Part shown: one piece after another, positions 1 to 11,500 of the stretch
Layout: every line of letters starts with the position of its first letter
Position numbering within the stretch: the first letter of the stretch is position 1
NCBI GenBank assembly: GCA_026026165.1
Contig: JAPEUD010000007.1
Coordinates: 1 to 64,000 of the forward strand
Length of the DNA: 64,000 nucleotides
Reading direction: 5' to 3'
DNA from: Sarea resinae
Lineage: Eukaryota
The notes under the pieces: generated by a model
Told to the model about the DNA's origin: nothing
The model's database searches: none
Seen by the model: only the letters and a program-made list of their open reading frames with translations
Translations under genes and position numbers: made by a program

Positions 1-720
1 TCTTAGAGGTCTATCTTAGAGGTCTATCTTCTTATCTATCTCTTTCTTTTATCTGTCTGTCTTGATAAACTCCTAGGATCAAGGTTGGTGTAATAAGACT
101 ATAGAGGTAGGGCCGCTTTAGAGAGTTACCAAGTAGTTAGTTGCAGGGTAAGGCAAGGCAAGGCTAAGAGAGGAAAGAGAGTAGGAGTGGAGTGTAGTAG
201 GTACCAAAAAGAAAACGACGCCCCCCCCCCCCCCTAGTAGAATAGTAGATAAGTAGATTAGTAGAGAGGAGCGTAGAGTGTAGAGGAAAGGCAAGGAAAG
301 GAAAGGCAAGGAAAGGAAAGGCAAGGAAAGGAAAGGAAAGGAAAGGAAAGGGTGTTAGTTGTGAATGTGAAGTAAAGGAGGTCTGTTATTTTATGTTTCT
401 CTGTCTGTCTGTCTGTCTGTCTGTCTGGCTGGCTTTTGGGTCCATCTCTTTCTGTTTCGGTCGGTCTGTCTGTCTGTTTATCTATTTCTGTCTGTCTGTT
501 TGTTTCTGTTCACATTTTCTGTCTATCTATCTGTCTGTCTATCTGTCTATCTCCCTGTCTCTATCTCTTTTATCTGTCTCACAAACACAACTACCTACAT
601 CCTCCTCCTCCTCCTTATCCTCCTCCTTATCCTCCGCCTTATACTCCTACTCGTTCATCTCCTCCTCGTTCATCTCCTCCTCGTTCATCTCCTCCCCCGC
701 CTCCTCTTATTCTCCTAGTT
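1..720. repeat. Microsatellite/low-complexity island: (AAAGG/AAGGC)n ~285-350, (TGTC/TATC)n ~400-580, (CCT)n variants ~600-715; TpA-rich flank at 1-290
   Basis: Tandem short units are directly visible. The + strand ORFs 393..869, 436..1392 and 500..718 translate these repeats (LSVCLSV, PPPYPPPY). Confidence 0.9.
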
Positions 721-2597
721 CACACCCCAGCCTCCTCAGCGCGCCTAACACACATCTCCAACACGGTCCAGAACGCCGCAATGTCGAGCGAGCGCGGGAT
801 CGTGACGCCCGCCGTCTTCTTCCTGGCCTCGCTTTCTCTTTCTCTTTCTCCTTCTCTTTCTCCTGCTAGGGCTACCGATGCTGCGGTCCCCGTTTCTCCT
901 GCGGCGGCGGGCCGGATGACGGTGCGGCCGAGTTGGCTGTCGGTGACAGCAGAGGCAGAAGCAGAAGTCTGGTTCTGCAGATGGACGGCCGCGCCCTCGG
1001 TCACGACGTCGACTCTCCACCCGACGCGTTCCTCGGCCGGGACGACGAAGGCGATGTCCGGCGGCGGCGTCGTCGGCGGTGCTGCGGTCTTTTTCTTCTC
1101 CGTCCCATCTGCTGGCCGGGTCGACGACGAGGTCGGAGCTGGGATGATGGCCGCGACGGCCAGGGGGTCGTGCAGGGGTGGCCCCGCGGTGAGGCCGAAG
1201 ACGTCGGCGTACGTGGCTGAGAAGAAGGTTAGGAGGTCGTGCAGGAGGCGGCGGAGGGTGGAGGGGGCTTTTTCGGTCGCGGATGTTGGCGTTGGCGTTG
1301 TTGCTGTTGCTGTTGCTGTTGTTGTCGTCGTTGTCGTCGAAGTGGCCGTGCTAGGCGCAGTGGTAGGGGCACGTGTAGGACCAGGGCCGTAGAGGAGCAG
1401 GTCCTGCACGTCTTTCGTCGCGAGCACTTGGTGTGTCACGTCCAGCGGGATCAGCGTCGTCTTGGGCGCCAGCACCGGAGACGAGAGGATCGACCGAGCC
1501 GCTTCGGGATCGCACTGCTTGTTCAGAACAGTAGAGAATTATCAGCCATGATGGCAAGGAGATCGACCGTGAGGTGCACGGCTCAGACATGCAGAAGGAC
1601 GGCAGGCGCATAGATCATGTCCTGCACCAACACAGCGGGCAACGTACATAGACATTAAACTCAGCCCACTTGGTCCAATTACCCACGCGCTCTTCATCCG
1701 CCGCATCCCCCCTCGCCGTTCCCAGACTGGCCGCGCTGAAGCCGCCGCCGATTGCGCCGCCCATCATGCTGACGCCCGCGACATGCTCAGCGACCTCGGG
1801 GAAAGTGGCGAAGAGCAGGGCGACGTTTGTGAACGTGCCCGTGGCCACGACGTAGGCGGTGTGTTTCGCGGTGGCGAGGAGCGCGTTGCGGGCCGCCAGG
1901 ATCGCGGGCGTGTCTTCTTTTGCGGCGACGGTCGGGGTGGGCAGGAGCGTGGTGCCGTCAATGCCCGAGGCGCCTGTTTTTCCAAAAGACCCACAAAGAA
2001 TCAGTCATGCTCCTGTTGGATCGAAGACGAGATTGTGCTTAGAATTGGCTGGAGCAAGATGAAGCAAAGGGAAACCTCCGTTTGGTCTGGTCTGGTGCTA
2101 GGCATACATACCATGGATGTCGGGCGCATGCACAGCCTCCCTGCAAAACGGTTTGCGCGTGCCCGAATAGACGGGCACATCAGACCGGTTGATGGCGGTG
2201 AGGATGCTGCAGGCATTGGTAGTCGTCTTCTCGAGCGAGGCGTTGCCGTGCACGGTGCTGATGCCCAGGAGGTTGAGCCGCGGGTGCCAGGCGGCGAGGA
2301 GGATGGCGAAGGCGTCCTGGGTTCGCGCTCATGCGCCACAATCAGCCTGGAGATCCATCTTCTGAATATCTGCACGTCTATGCGGAAAGCACCGAAAGCA
2401 AGCCTATTCTGCTGCTCTCAAAAGCTGCAAGGGCATCTCGTACATCGTGACCTGTGTGCGCCTCACATATTCTCGTCAATCAAGCGTCCAACAACACATA
2501 GAGCATCGATCGAGAGCAGCGGACAGGAGATATGGATATTACCTGGATCGCAGTCTAGCCATAGAGGTGTCCTCTCATCGTTGGACTCCATTTTCAT
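720..2597 (-). CDS. URH1: Inosine/uridine-preferring nucleoside hydrolase (uridine nucleosidase); 5 exons ~2597-2543, 2451-2444, 2316-2112, 1973-1648, 1514-720
   Basis: The spliced translation gives the family motifs LWLDCDPGHDDAFAILLA, GISTVHGN, HAPDIHG.SGIDG, ATGTFTNVALL, MGGA, AEFNVYCDPEAA, PLDVTHQV and PPLHDPLAVA. All introns are GT-AG. An alternative ATG lies at 2591. Confidence 0.9.
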
Positions 2598-3468
2598 TTG
2601 TACTGTCTCGAGAAATATTTACAGACGGGCGTATCAAACTCTGAGGAAGTTGTTGGTGTTGAATGCTCACTTCACTGCTTGACGTCGCATCCATATATCG
2701 CTCGCTCGGGCCGATCAATCTACGGAGTAGCTTACCGAGAGACAAGCCCGATAGTATCATGATGGGAAGCCGATGGATACATAATAGTCCTGATTGAATT
2801 GTCCATCTCATGCCAGGAGTGAGGCCCTGATATTCCTTACTACCATTACCGTAATCAAAGTACACCTCTACGCCTACGCTACTTGCAAAACAGGCAACGA
2901 AATACGCAGTGCGATGTGACCTTCATCCAGAGATATTGATTCTTAATCGTGACCGATTCTTTTCTTCGGCCGAAGCAATACCGTTACAGGAAAAGTGAAC
3001 GACCGGATAAATCGGCCGTAGCCGCTCGAGAAAACGCCGGAGAAGATACACAAATCCACGAGCCACAGATTGTAAACAAACGTGTCGGCTCGACAGCCTC
3101 CTTGTATCCCTGCCAGCAGCAGAGGCCTTGAGAAATGTGAGAAATGGTGATATGCCTCGCGCTTGTGATACAGCCGGCAAATATGCAAACGATGGTGTCA
3201 AAGAAAAACATTGCTGGGCCATAATCATGCTACCTGGCTTGCAAAGAAATATATGGAAAAGCCCGAGTCGGCTTTCGGACATGGTGGTCGTGGTCTTCCG
3301 ACCTTTACTCCCCTATATGCTCCCCTTCCCCCGCCAAAGAAAAAAATGCATGGCATTTTACGCAGTTACGCCACACGATCGAACGCCGTAACGAATGCTG
3401 GACGCTCCAGAAATCGATATCCGAGGATACCGTTCAAATGATAGGCCGGACACTATGATGTCCTAATC

Positions 3469-5985
3469 TCATAAAACATCAAAGATGTTTCTCGTTATCG
3501 GTGCTTCGCCCCTTTGCGCGGGGGATCGAGGATCTTCGTCAAACATTTTGGGACTAGCGAGACCGCCGAGATTAAATGTAGACGGTCGCATTTCGCCCAG
3601 GCCTGTACGATGGAATGGACTTGCAGTGAATTCCGCCGCCCGTGGTGATAAAAGAGTAGGTGTTGGAGGGGCGTCGAACATTGTCTGATCGACGTCATTT
3701 GGAGGGACGTGTGATGCCTTCAGTCCAAAAGGTCTACTTCGTGATTGCTCCGTATCGAAAGTAAAAGCTGAAGGAGCCGGTGCGGCAGATTGACTGTCCG
3801 TGATGCCCGAAGGCTCCACGTTGTGACCCTTGGGGATTGAATATGCCCCTTCGCCCACAGTAGACCGCAGGAAACCCAGATCCTCATTGGAGGCTGGAGG
3901 CCAAGATCCAACATAGCTCTGTGATCTGTCATCCCTGGGTTGCATTTGTGAAGGCGCAGTCAAGGGTGCAGGCACAATAGAGTCGAAATCCCTCGAGATC
4001 GCCAGCTGCGGTGCGGTCGGACTCAGTGGCGGAGACCCCATACTGTTCCGATCCCTCTCGGCTGGCAGCGGGGCAGACTGAGGCTCTGGTTGATTGTCAT
4101 CTGCGAAGCTCCCAGAAAGTGGCGCTAAAGCGGAAGGGTTGCCGTGAGATACCGAGTTGGATCGTCCGGCCATCACGTTTCTTCTCGCTCGGAGGGCGGC
4201 GTGTGACGAAGCGCCCATGGTCCGGGACAGCTTATTCTTGAACTCTGACAGCTGATAGATCAGGTTCATGTTCGGTCCGATCCACCTGCTTCGTTGCTTC
4301 ACGGCATCGTACGCTTGTTGGACGCTTAGTTTTGGGTTCTTATAAAGACCATATGCGACTATAAGACTAGCAGACCGACTGACACCACATTGACAGTGGA
4401 CCAAGATGCGTTTACCTCGCTTGACGCGATCATCGATAAGCTCCACCAATTTCAGTAAGTCGTCCACTATGTTCGTGTTGTGATCCCACGGAATATGAAT
4501 GTACTCCGGCGGAGGCTTTTTGGCTTTCGGAGTCGAAGGTGACGTGGCATTCGAATCAGTCTGCTCAGGTTCAAAAGATGCAGACGAAGCCGTTATACCA
4601 GATATACCGCTATCTTTTTCATCGATATGATCTCCTTTAGTAAACTGATCCATTTTAGACGAGGCTTGCGCCGCTGCCAGATCCCGCTTTTCCGCCGCAA
4701 GCGTAAAAGGATTCTTCACTTCTCTCGCGACATTAAGTATGACGTCGAATTCGGAAGCCTCAATGTCACTAGGCTCTAGGTAAAGGTAAACGAGCGGGTC
4801 GTAGATACAGACCGGTCCTGAAGGGTAGGCCGGCGACTTTTTCGCCTCGTGCGACAGGGGTACTTCATCGTTTTCTTCCTCCAACTCTTCCAAACGGGCG
4901 GCTACTTTCGGGGGGATGTCGGGATCGTTGAATGAGCTTTCCAATCGAACGGCATGCTGCTTTGGTTTCGAGAATCGTCCAAACCCGCGTTCATTATTGA
5001 AAGCGGGGAAATGCATACCCCCTTCAGGTGCCGCGGTAGGGGAGAAGGCGGACAGAGATGGCGAGGATTGAAAATGACGTAACTTATTCGGTCGAGATAT
5101 CGACGGTGTCGGAGGCATTATCGACTTATTGTGTTCTCCTGCGATACCTGGCGTCATGATGGTCAATCCAAGCTTGCTGGGTCGACGTTTTGGCGGCTTT
5201 GGAGGGACGATGAATGAAGGTGAAGGTGGCGCTGATAGTGAGGGCGAGAACCCTGCCGCAGTCGATGTTCGGGCTGGTTGCGAACTTGGTCTCGTAGTAG
5301 CTGACATGTTCAGAGATAAGTTTTTAGTGTTGCGAGCCCTCTTTGCTGGTGAATGAGGCCGGTGTGACTTCGATAAAGGGTGCGGGAGGGTGGTTGTTGC
5401 ATGTCCTTCGGGAGACTGGTCGCCGCGATTTCTTAGTGGAGTGTGCGATAGAGGCATCGATGGCAAAGGCGACTCTGGAGAGGACGTGGATGATGGCTCA
5501 GACATCGACGAGTCCATTGTTGATATGGTGGTCGTAGGTGATGATTCGGTAGATTCGGAATTGGAAGTGGAAATGCTGTCGCGATGCTGATGCTGATGCT
5601 GAAGGAGAAAATGGTTGTCCGTGGCTTTCAAGTCTGCCGCAGGATATGATGACGTTTGCCGTGACGGGCTATCTTCCTCCAATATTCTCATGTTTGCTCC
5701 CTCTCCAAAAACGGACATGAAGGATGGTAGCGGTGCGAGAAATGGCCTAGAACTTGTTTGCACTGGCATCTTAACGGATCGATGGTCGGTATAGAGACGG
5801 GGCCGTTCCGCGATCGTCATCCGTCGATCGCGCTGTAGCACCTTCTGCGGAATAGCTGGCACTTTGAAGGTGCTTCGATCGATGTTATCCGTGCCACGAT
5901 TTGGATTCTCCGTCTCTTCCACAATGGTGAACGACCTTTTGAGACTTGGGCTGTTAGCCTTGGGCATATAAACGAGCGAAGCCAT
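3469..5985 (-). CDS. MSG5: Dual-specificity MAP kinase phosphatase (Msg5/Pmp1/MsgA-like), single exon, 838 aa
   Basis: PTP signature VHCQCGVSRSASL, plus YIHIPWDHN, AYPSGPVCIY, AYDAVKQRSRWIGPNMNLIYQL and MAPK-docking-like segments (RNTKNLSLNM, KRRPSKLGLTI). Confidence 0.88.
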   Translation of the reverse strand: MASLVYMPKANSPSLKRSFTIVEETENPNRGTDNIDRSTFKVPAIPQKVLQRDRRMTIAERPRLYTDHRSVKMPVQTSSRPFLAPLPSFMSVFGEGANMRILEEDSPSRQTSSYPAADLKATDNHFLLQHQHQHRDSISTSNSESTESSPTTTISTMDSSMSEPSSTSSPESPLPSMPLSHTPLRNRGDQSPEGHATTTLPHPLSKSHRPHSPAKRARNTKNLSLNMSATTRPSSQPARTSTAAGFSPSLSAPPSPSFIVPPKPPKRRPSKLGLTIMTPGIAGEHNKSIMPPTPSISRPNKLRHFQSSPSLSAFSPTAAPEGGMHFPAFNNERGFGRFSKPKQHAVRLESSFNDPDIPPKVAARLEELEEENDEVPLSHEAKKSPAYPSGPVCIYDPLVYLYLEPSDIEASEFDVILNVAREVKNPFTLAAEKRDLAAAQASSKMDQFTKGDHIDEKDSGISGITASSASFEPEQTDSNATSPSTPKAKKPPPEYIHIPWDHNTNIVDDLLKLVELIDDRVKRGKRILVHCQCGVSRSASLIVAYGLYKNPKLSVQQAYDAVKQRSRWIGPNMNLIYQLSEFKNKLSRTMGASSHAALRARRNVMAGRSNSVSHGNPSALAPLSGSFADDNQPEPQSAPLPAERDRNSMGSPPLSPTAPQLAISRDFDSIVPAPLTAPSQMQPRDDRSQSYVGSWPPASNEDLGFLRSTVGEGAYSIPKGHNVEPSGITDSQSAAPAPSAFTFDTEQSRSRPFGLKASHVPPNDVDQTMFDAPPTPTLLSPRAAEFTASPFHRTGLGEMRPSTFNLGGLASPKMFDEDPRSPAQRGEAPITRNIFDVL

Positions 5986-6692
5986 GGTTGGTCTTGGTAT
6001 CGCAGCAAAAGCAGCCCTTCCGTGCGAAGGATGATGAAGACAGTAATGAAATAAGAATGAAAGGTGTCAAGTCCATTCCTGAAGCGCTGACAGTGGCAGT
6101 GAGGCCTCTGTCAGAGGAACAGAACGGGCGGAGAAGGCGCAGGGCAGAATGGAAGCCCGCAAACAAGGAAAAAACTCACGAGGAAACGGCGTAGCGCCCA
6201 AGGTTTATGAGAGTCGTCGTGAGATCTCAGATCTCGAATTAGAACGGTAAGGAGTGACTGTTCAAAGCGGGCGCCGCTGTATCGCTAGTTGGCCCAGACT
6301 GGGCGACAATTGATGATCCCAGCGACAACGAGAACGTAGTGCTTCCCCGGGCGTTGAAGAAGCACGAGCTTCGCTATTCGACCGCCCAAGCTCAGACGCG
6401 AGGTGCAGCAGATTTTGAACGAAGAGGCGCCTGGTCGTTGCGGCTCGCCAGGCTGACCGAGCGGCGAGTGCAGAAGGTCACAGGCAGAGAGTACGCCTGC
6501 GATCAGCGGCGAAGGAGCGGATTGGAGGCTCGAGTCGAGTTGTGAGGTTCAAAGGAAAAGGAACGACACGGAGATCTAAAGGTGTGGGAGTTGGAATGTT
6601 AGCCATCAGCGCTTGCAGCCCGCTGCAATGAGGGAGCACCAATGGAGGCAGTGGGAAGGCGGAGATCGAACTTCAATGAAAGCGAAACAGGG

Positions 6693-6702
6693 CTAAATAT
6701 AA
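6693..6702. promoter_or_regulatory. Candidate MADS-box Rlm1/MEF2 site CTAAATATAA ~700 bp upstream of the MSG5-like ATG (overlaps a TATA-like element)
   Basis: Exact match to the CTA(W)4TAR consensus in the promoter region of a MAPK phosphatase. It is a single short motif only. Confidence 0.3.
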
Positions 6703-8337
6703 ACACCCCTGTTCATTTACCGGGGGCCGAGGGGCCACCACACCTCGCATTTCTGGGCGGCGGCAAGCAGAGCCAATAACGACGAAATGCATCCAAGTGC
6801 ATTGCAGAAGGAGAGCAATTGACTTACAGATGCAGGCAACTCTATGGGAGCTAAGCTGGAATGAATTGAAGACGTGTTCGATGCCGCACACGGGACAAGT
6901 GCAGCCGCCCACCCTGCGACGGGCCACTGCTGCAGTGGAAGGGGGGGGTGTGGGAGGAGGGGAAAGCAAACCAGACGTGATTCGACCAATCCACTCAAGC
7001 CGGAAGATCTTGTCTACTAGGGAGTGCAGGATGAGTGCAGCATGAGTGGTTGGCCGCAAAGATAGCTGGTTGCGCCCGTGTAAGTGAGTGCTGAAAGTGA
7101 TCGAAATGCCTCTGTATTGGCTGAGGGGTGTGGCGTCGCTTCTTCTTCCCCGGAATCAGCAAGAGAGTAGCCGGTTGATATTATTATCGTGGGTCAAAAA
7201 GAACAAGAACGTATTATGATTAACGGGCAAGGTTCCCGGGGAAGGGAGACCTTTGTTTGGTAAGCTGGATGGATGTATGAAGGTGGGTGCCAAACAAAGG
7301 CGCCGGTCGCTTGAGTCGATTGGAGGAATGTGAGGGATTGAGGATGCCTTGTCTGGAGTAGCCGAGATATATAATGGATGAATGTGAAAAGAGACGGTTC
7401 GCGTGAAACGGTGGAAAGATGACTTGGATCGAATGTCTCTTTCCGGGCAGCGTGATGCTGGAGATTCCGTGAATGTCCAGGTGAGCAGACACCAGTGAGA
7501 AGAAGCCAAAGCCAAGCAGGCAGACGTGGGGTATCGACAGATGGTGAAAGGAAAGGCAAGGTAGATATGTATCAAGAATGGGTAGAGACAATGGATGGAA
7601 TGCGGATGGATGTAGTCCAAGCTGTGCTGGCCTTACGGTGGAAGAGGAGAAGAAGAAGATGGATATGTATGCATTGCCCCTCCCGGATCGGATCTGATCT
7701 GACAGGTCGCGATCGATGGGACTCGTGAAGGATGAGGTGGAAGGATGGCGGAGTCGAGGGAGTTGAGTCGAGTGATAGACTGGAAGGCCGAGGCCTACGT
7801 ATGACTGCGCACTACATCTTACACTATCCACCATCCACCATCTTACTGCGTACTGCGTACTGCGTACAGACACGGATTCTACCTATTATTGCTACGAGTA
7901 AGACAGCCGATGGAGTAGAGCAAGCTACGACGAGACACACCAGGACCCTGCGGCGACAGCATGTATACTATGAGTAGGTGTGCGCATCAGCGAGGGTCCA
8001 AACGGACTCGTAAAACAGCATTACTCGAGTACAACTACATAGACAATCCTCCAAGTTATTTTTGGGGATGGGCCTAGGGCTCTAGGGGCCACGTTCTTGG
8101 CGTGCGGACTACGACTGAAGTAGATGACTACTGCGTACCTAAGGAAGTACGACGTAGTCGATCAACTGTATCGGAGTGGCGTCCATTGCAATCGCCCTCC
8201 AGCTGGGAGCCTCTGGCGATTCGGGCCATGTCGACGGCGCGATTACGGAGTAGTGCCGTGCTAGGCACATACTACAGGTACTACTACTTATGTAGTACTC
8301 GAGACCGGTAGCTCGAGCACTCGAGTCCGTCTTCATT

Positions 8338-8531
8338 TCGCCTTTCGCCTCACGCCTCACGCCTCACGCCTCATGCCTCATCCAGAGGTAGCATGTTTAG
8401 CGACTGTTTCAGACCACTGCGCCGATACGAGTAATGCGGCCGACATGTCCGAGGTCGCCGAGGTCACGATGTCTGCATCTGGAACGCCGGAGAGGCACGA
8501 GGCAAGAGGCAAGAGGCAAGAGGCAAGAGGC
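8338..8531. repeat. Heptamer tandem repeats (GCCTCAC)n and (AGGCAAG)n in the long divergent intergenic region
   Basis: cgcctcacgcctcacgcctcacgcctcatgcctca at ~8346-8380 and aggcaagaggcaagaggcaagaggcaagaggcaa at ~8500-8533. Confidence 0.85.
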
Positions 8532-11500
8532 AATTCACGACCATGTCCCTTCAGCTCGGTCAATTGACGGCACCGGGTCGAGAGCGTGGATGAGATTCGC
8601 CTCTACGACAGACTGAAGTACTTCGCACAGTGTCCACCACCTTCGCATGGCCATTGGCTGTTGCTTTTCCATCTCGGATACTTTACATACTCATAGTACT
8701 CGACGTAGAAGCCACAGCGCACAGCCTGGTCCCGAGTCTTTCTCCAGCCTGCACCTGACTCCCGAGCCTCTTCTCCGCAATCCTCCAGCATGATTATTCA
8801 GACCATCACTCGCAGCCCTAGACTGGACGCTCACTGAGCCAAAAGGCGGCGGACGCTCGAGAAGTTTATTCGGGTAACCTGTTCGGGATACGGGCCACGC
8901 GACGGCCGAGTCCCCTCCCCAACTTCATTTCGTTTCCCTTGCGCCATCTGCCGTTTGAGTTAGTCGACCGATCAGACTTTGGTACGCTTTCGTCACTTGT
9001 ACGGCTGAAAGAAGACATCCATGGATCGCTGTTTGCTTTCATCGTCTAAGTTTTTTTTTGGACAATTTCATTACGTATAATCAGGGTCCTGCGGAAGGGC
9101 ACAACTACTGTGTACAGTGTACTCCGACTGCCCCTCGTTGGACGAGATGCCGATGGGGTCTAGCCTTCACTGTTTCCACCCGTTTATCTTCAGTGTCTTG
9201 TTTGCTTGTTTTGCTTACCTGAAACGAAGCTCGGCCTCACGTCGGTCTATCATATGTCTGGCATGATCGGACAGCTTCAACCAGGTCCAGCTTGAGAGGA
9301 GAAGAGAATGTTCTCTATTCAGAAGCCAAGACTCTAGAGTACCTTCTGGAGTTTATCGAGCAGCAACGACGTCAAAGCATCTGCGCTCATCTCTACCTCC
9401 GATTCTTATTTCGAGACTGGAAGATCTGCCCAACCACGATACAGGACAACAATCTCATAGCTCTCGCGATGATTACTGTGGATAAGCAGTCGCTCGAATT
9501 AGGTATGAGGTAGAATGAGGATCATCCCCATGAGTTTCAACGGTTTCTAGAAGCAATAGTGGATCCTCTTAGCAGCTGCGGCAAAGAAAGGGGCGATGAC
9601 TACAGCACGCAATAATTATAGCGTTCCTGGAGAGGCTCACGCGCCTATGTCCCGATGACGACGCGGATATGACCTGAGGCGCTCAAGGCTCAACGTCAAC
9701 CCTGCGGCTTTGCAGCTGTGCTCTGATGTTGCTTTTCCTCGCTGATCTTGAACTTCGGCCTTGCTACTCCCTCACTATGAGTAAAGCGAATAATAAGTAT
9801 TGTTGTTCTGACTATCCAAGAGCTGGTCTGGTATAGAACATCCGACGTTGCACTCCTACTATTGTGTACATGCCGGTGCCTGAGATATCATCTCGAATAT
9901 TTTCTGCGCCCTCTTGGTGCGCCAGATGCCTCCTTCAGGGGAAAGCTTCTCGGTAAAGCCCCTGACTAGGTAGGTAGGTCGTGAATACAATGGTTTGTAC
10001 ATGTGCCCTCTTGATTGCTTGACGATAACCTGCCAACATGCTGCGATTGCGAAACGATGAGCAAGTATGTCCGAGCAAAGACGATAGAATCTTTTCAAAT
10101 TTCGAAACCTGAACGCAGCGCCGGAAAGGGCGCCTGGCTCAAGTCTCAGAAGCCGAGAGGGAAGCCTGTGTATTGGCCTTGCGGTTAAACGGTACCAGAG
10201 TCAAATAATCCAGGTCTTTACGAGACAGGCTGAATATGGTTGGGCAGGAACAACAAAGTCAGGGAAACCTTGACCTGCACCCTGAGATCAGTCCGCAAGG
10301 GGCATGCTCTCCGACCTGAAGCCTGGCCACCTCCGTCTCTCTCCGTCTCCCTCCGTCCCCATTGAGACTCTCCAGGTTTCCCCTCACTCCTTTTACAGCC
10401 TGTAAGTACTTCAATTGCCGTACCGGCCTCGCCAAGATTGACCGAACGATATTGATATGCACCTTGATCAGGTTCGTCACATTCGCTTATGCGCGAAGCC
10501 TCATGGAAGGAAGCAAACGGCACGCGTTCCTGAATCATCATCGTACGGTGAGAAAAGCATGAGGGAGAAAAGATGCTCCGTCGACATGATCCAAGAAGGG
10601 GTTTGGACCGACAGTTGCGCTTTCGTGCACTTCAATGCCGATTAGCAGATCCCCAAGCACCGCAATTGGGATGAGTGGGGGTGGACTGGCTCAATTATCT
10701 CTAGCAGCGGTGGGGCTCACCATATTGGCGGATCTTTCCAAATCGTCGAATGCACGAACGACCGCGAGATGGGACCAGGACGCTCTTTTGGGCACCGAAT
10801 GGCCGGACTTTGTTGGCTTGCAGAGACAAATGACTGGCGGGCTTGAGCTACTCGGCTCATCGACCGAACAGCTCCTGCACAGGTGCCTTAATCCTGCAGC
10901 AACATGGTACTAGAGTCTGGAGAGCAGGATGAAAGAGGAGCTATCAGGTAGGTCCATTGGGGACAGATAGGCTGAGGAGAGAGTTAGTTGTCATATCGCA
11001 TAGCAAATAGGGGAAGCGTGGAAGAAATAATTCTCCAGGAATGTTCGATTCCTGAGCCACTACTACATAGTCGGTATTGCGACGACGCGAACTACTGCGC
11101 AGTAGGAAGGCCGCAGCAAAACTACTACAGATCGTGATCAAGCGGATATGCTCAGTATCGCGAGCAGGTGCGTGCGCAATGAGTAGAAAGTCCATGTCTA
11201 GGAAGCCAATTTGCCAATTTCGCCACCTCAACGGTCAGTGGTCTTGTTGCCCACCTGCAGCCTGTGATCTCGTCGAGAGGAAAAAGGGTCAAGGAGAGCC
11301 GTTGGATGCGAGAGCGAGAGTCGGGGTCTTGGGAGTTCATCCCTCCGGCATGGCAAAGCCATTGGCCGTTTGATTGGTGTGCGAGGAGAGAGATTCCGTC
11401 CTCTTGGCCTCTAGTCGGTCGAAGCTACTTGGTGATCTGCATATTGCTCGTGCGATATGCTGCAAGGCATCAGGAACGGCGCACATCGGCTGTGCACTAC

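Noticed and set aside
393..1392. + strand ORFs of 158 and 318 aa (extensin-like PPPY repeats)
   Set aside because: They are translations of microsatellites plus the GC-rich antisense of URH1, with no independent coding evidence.
9292..9600. Short protein-like frame (EAKTLEYLLEFIEQQRR...) possibly a pseudogene
   Set aside because: No recognisable family, start or splice structure, so it cannot be distinguished from chance.
10468..10541. Minus-strand ATGATGA...CTGA pair resembling a C/D box snoRNA (a similar pair at ~11944-12061 on +)
   Set aside because: No convincing rRNA-complementary guide or terminal stem could be identified by eye. It would need snoscan or Infernal.
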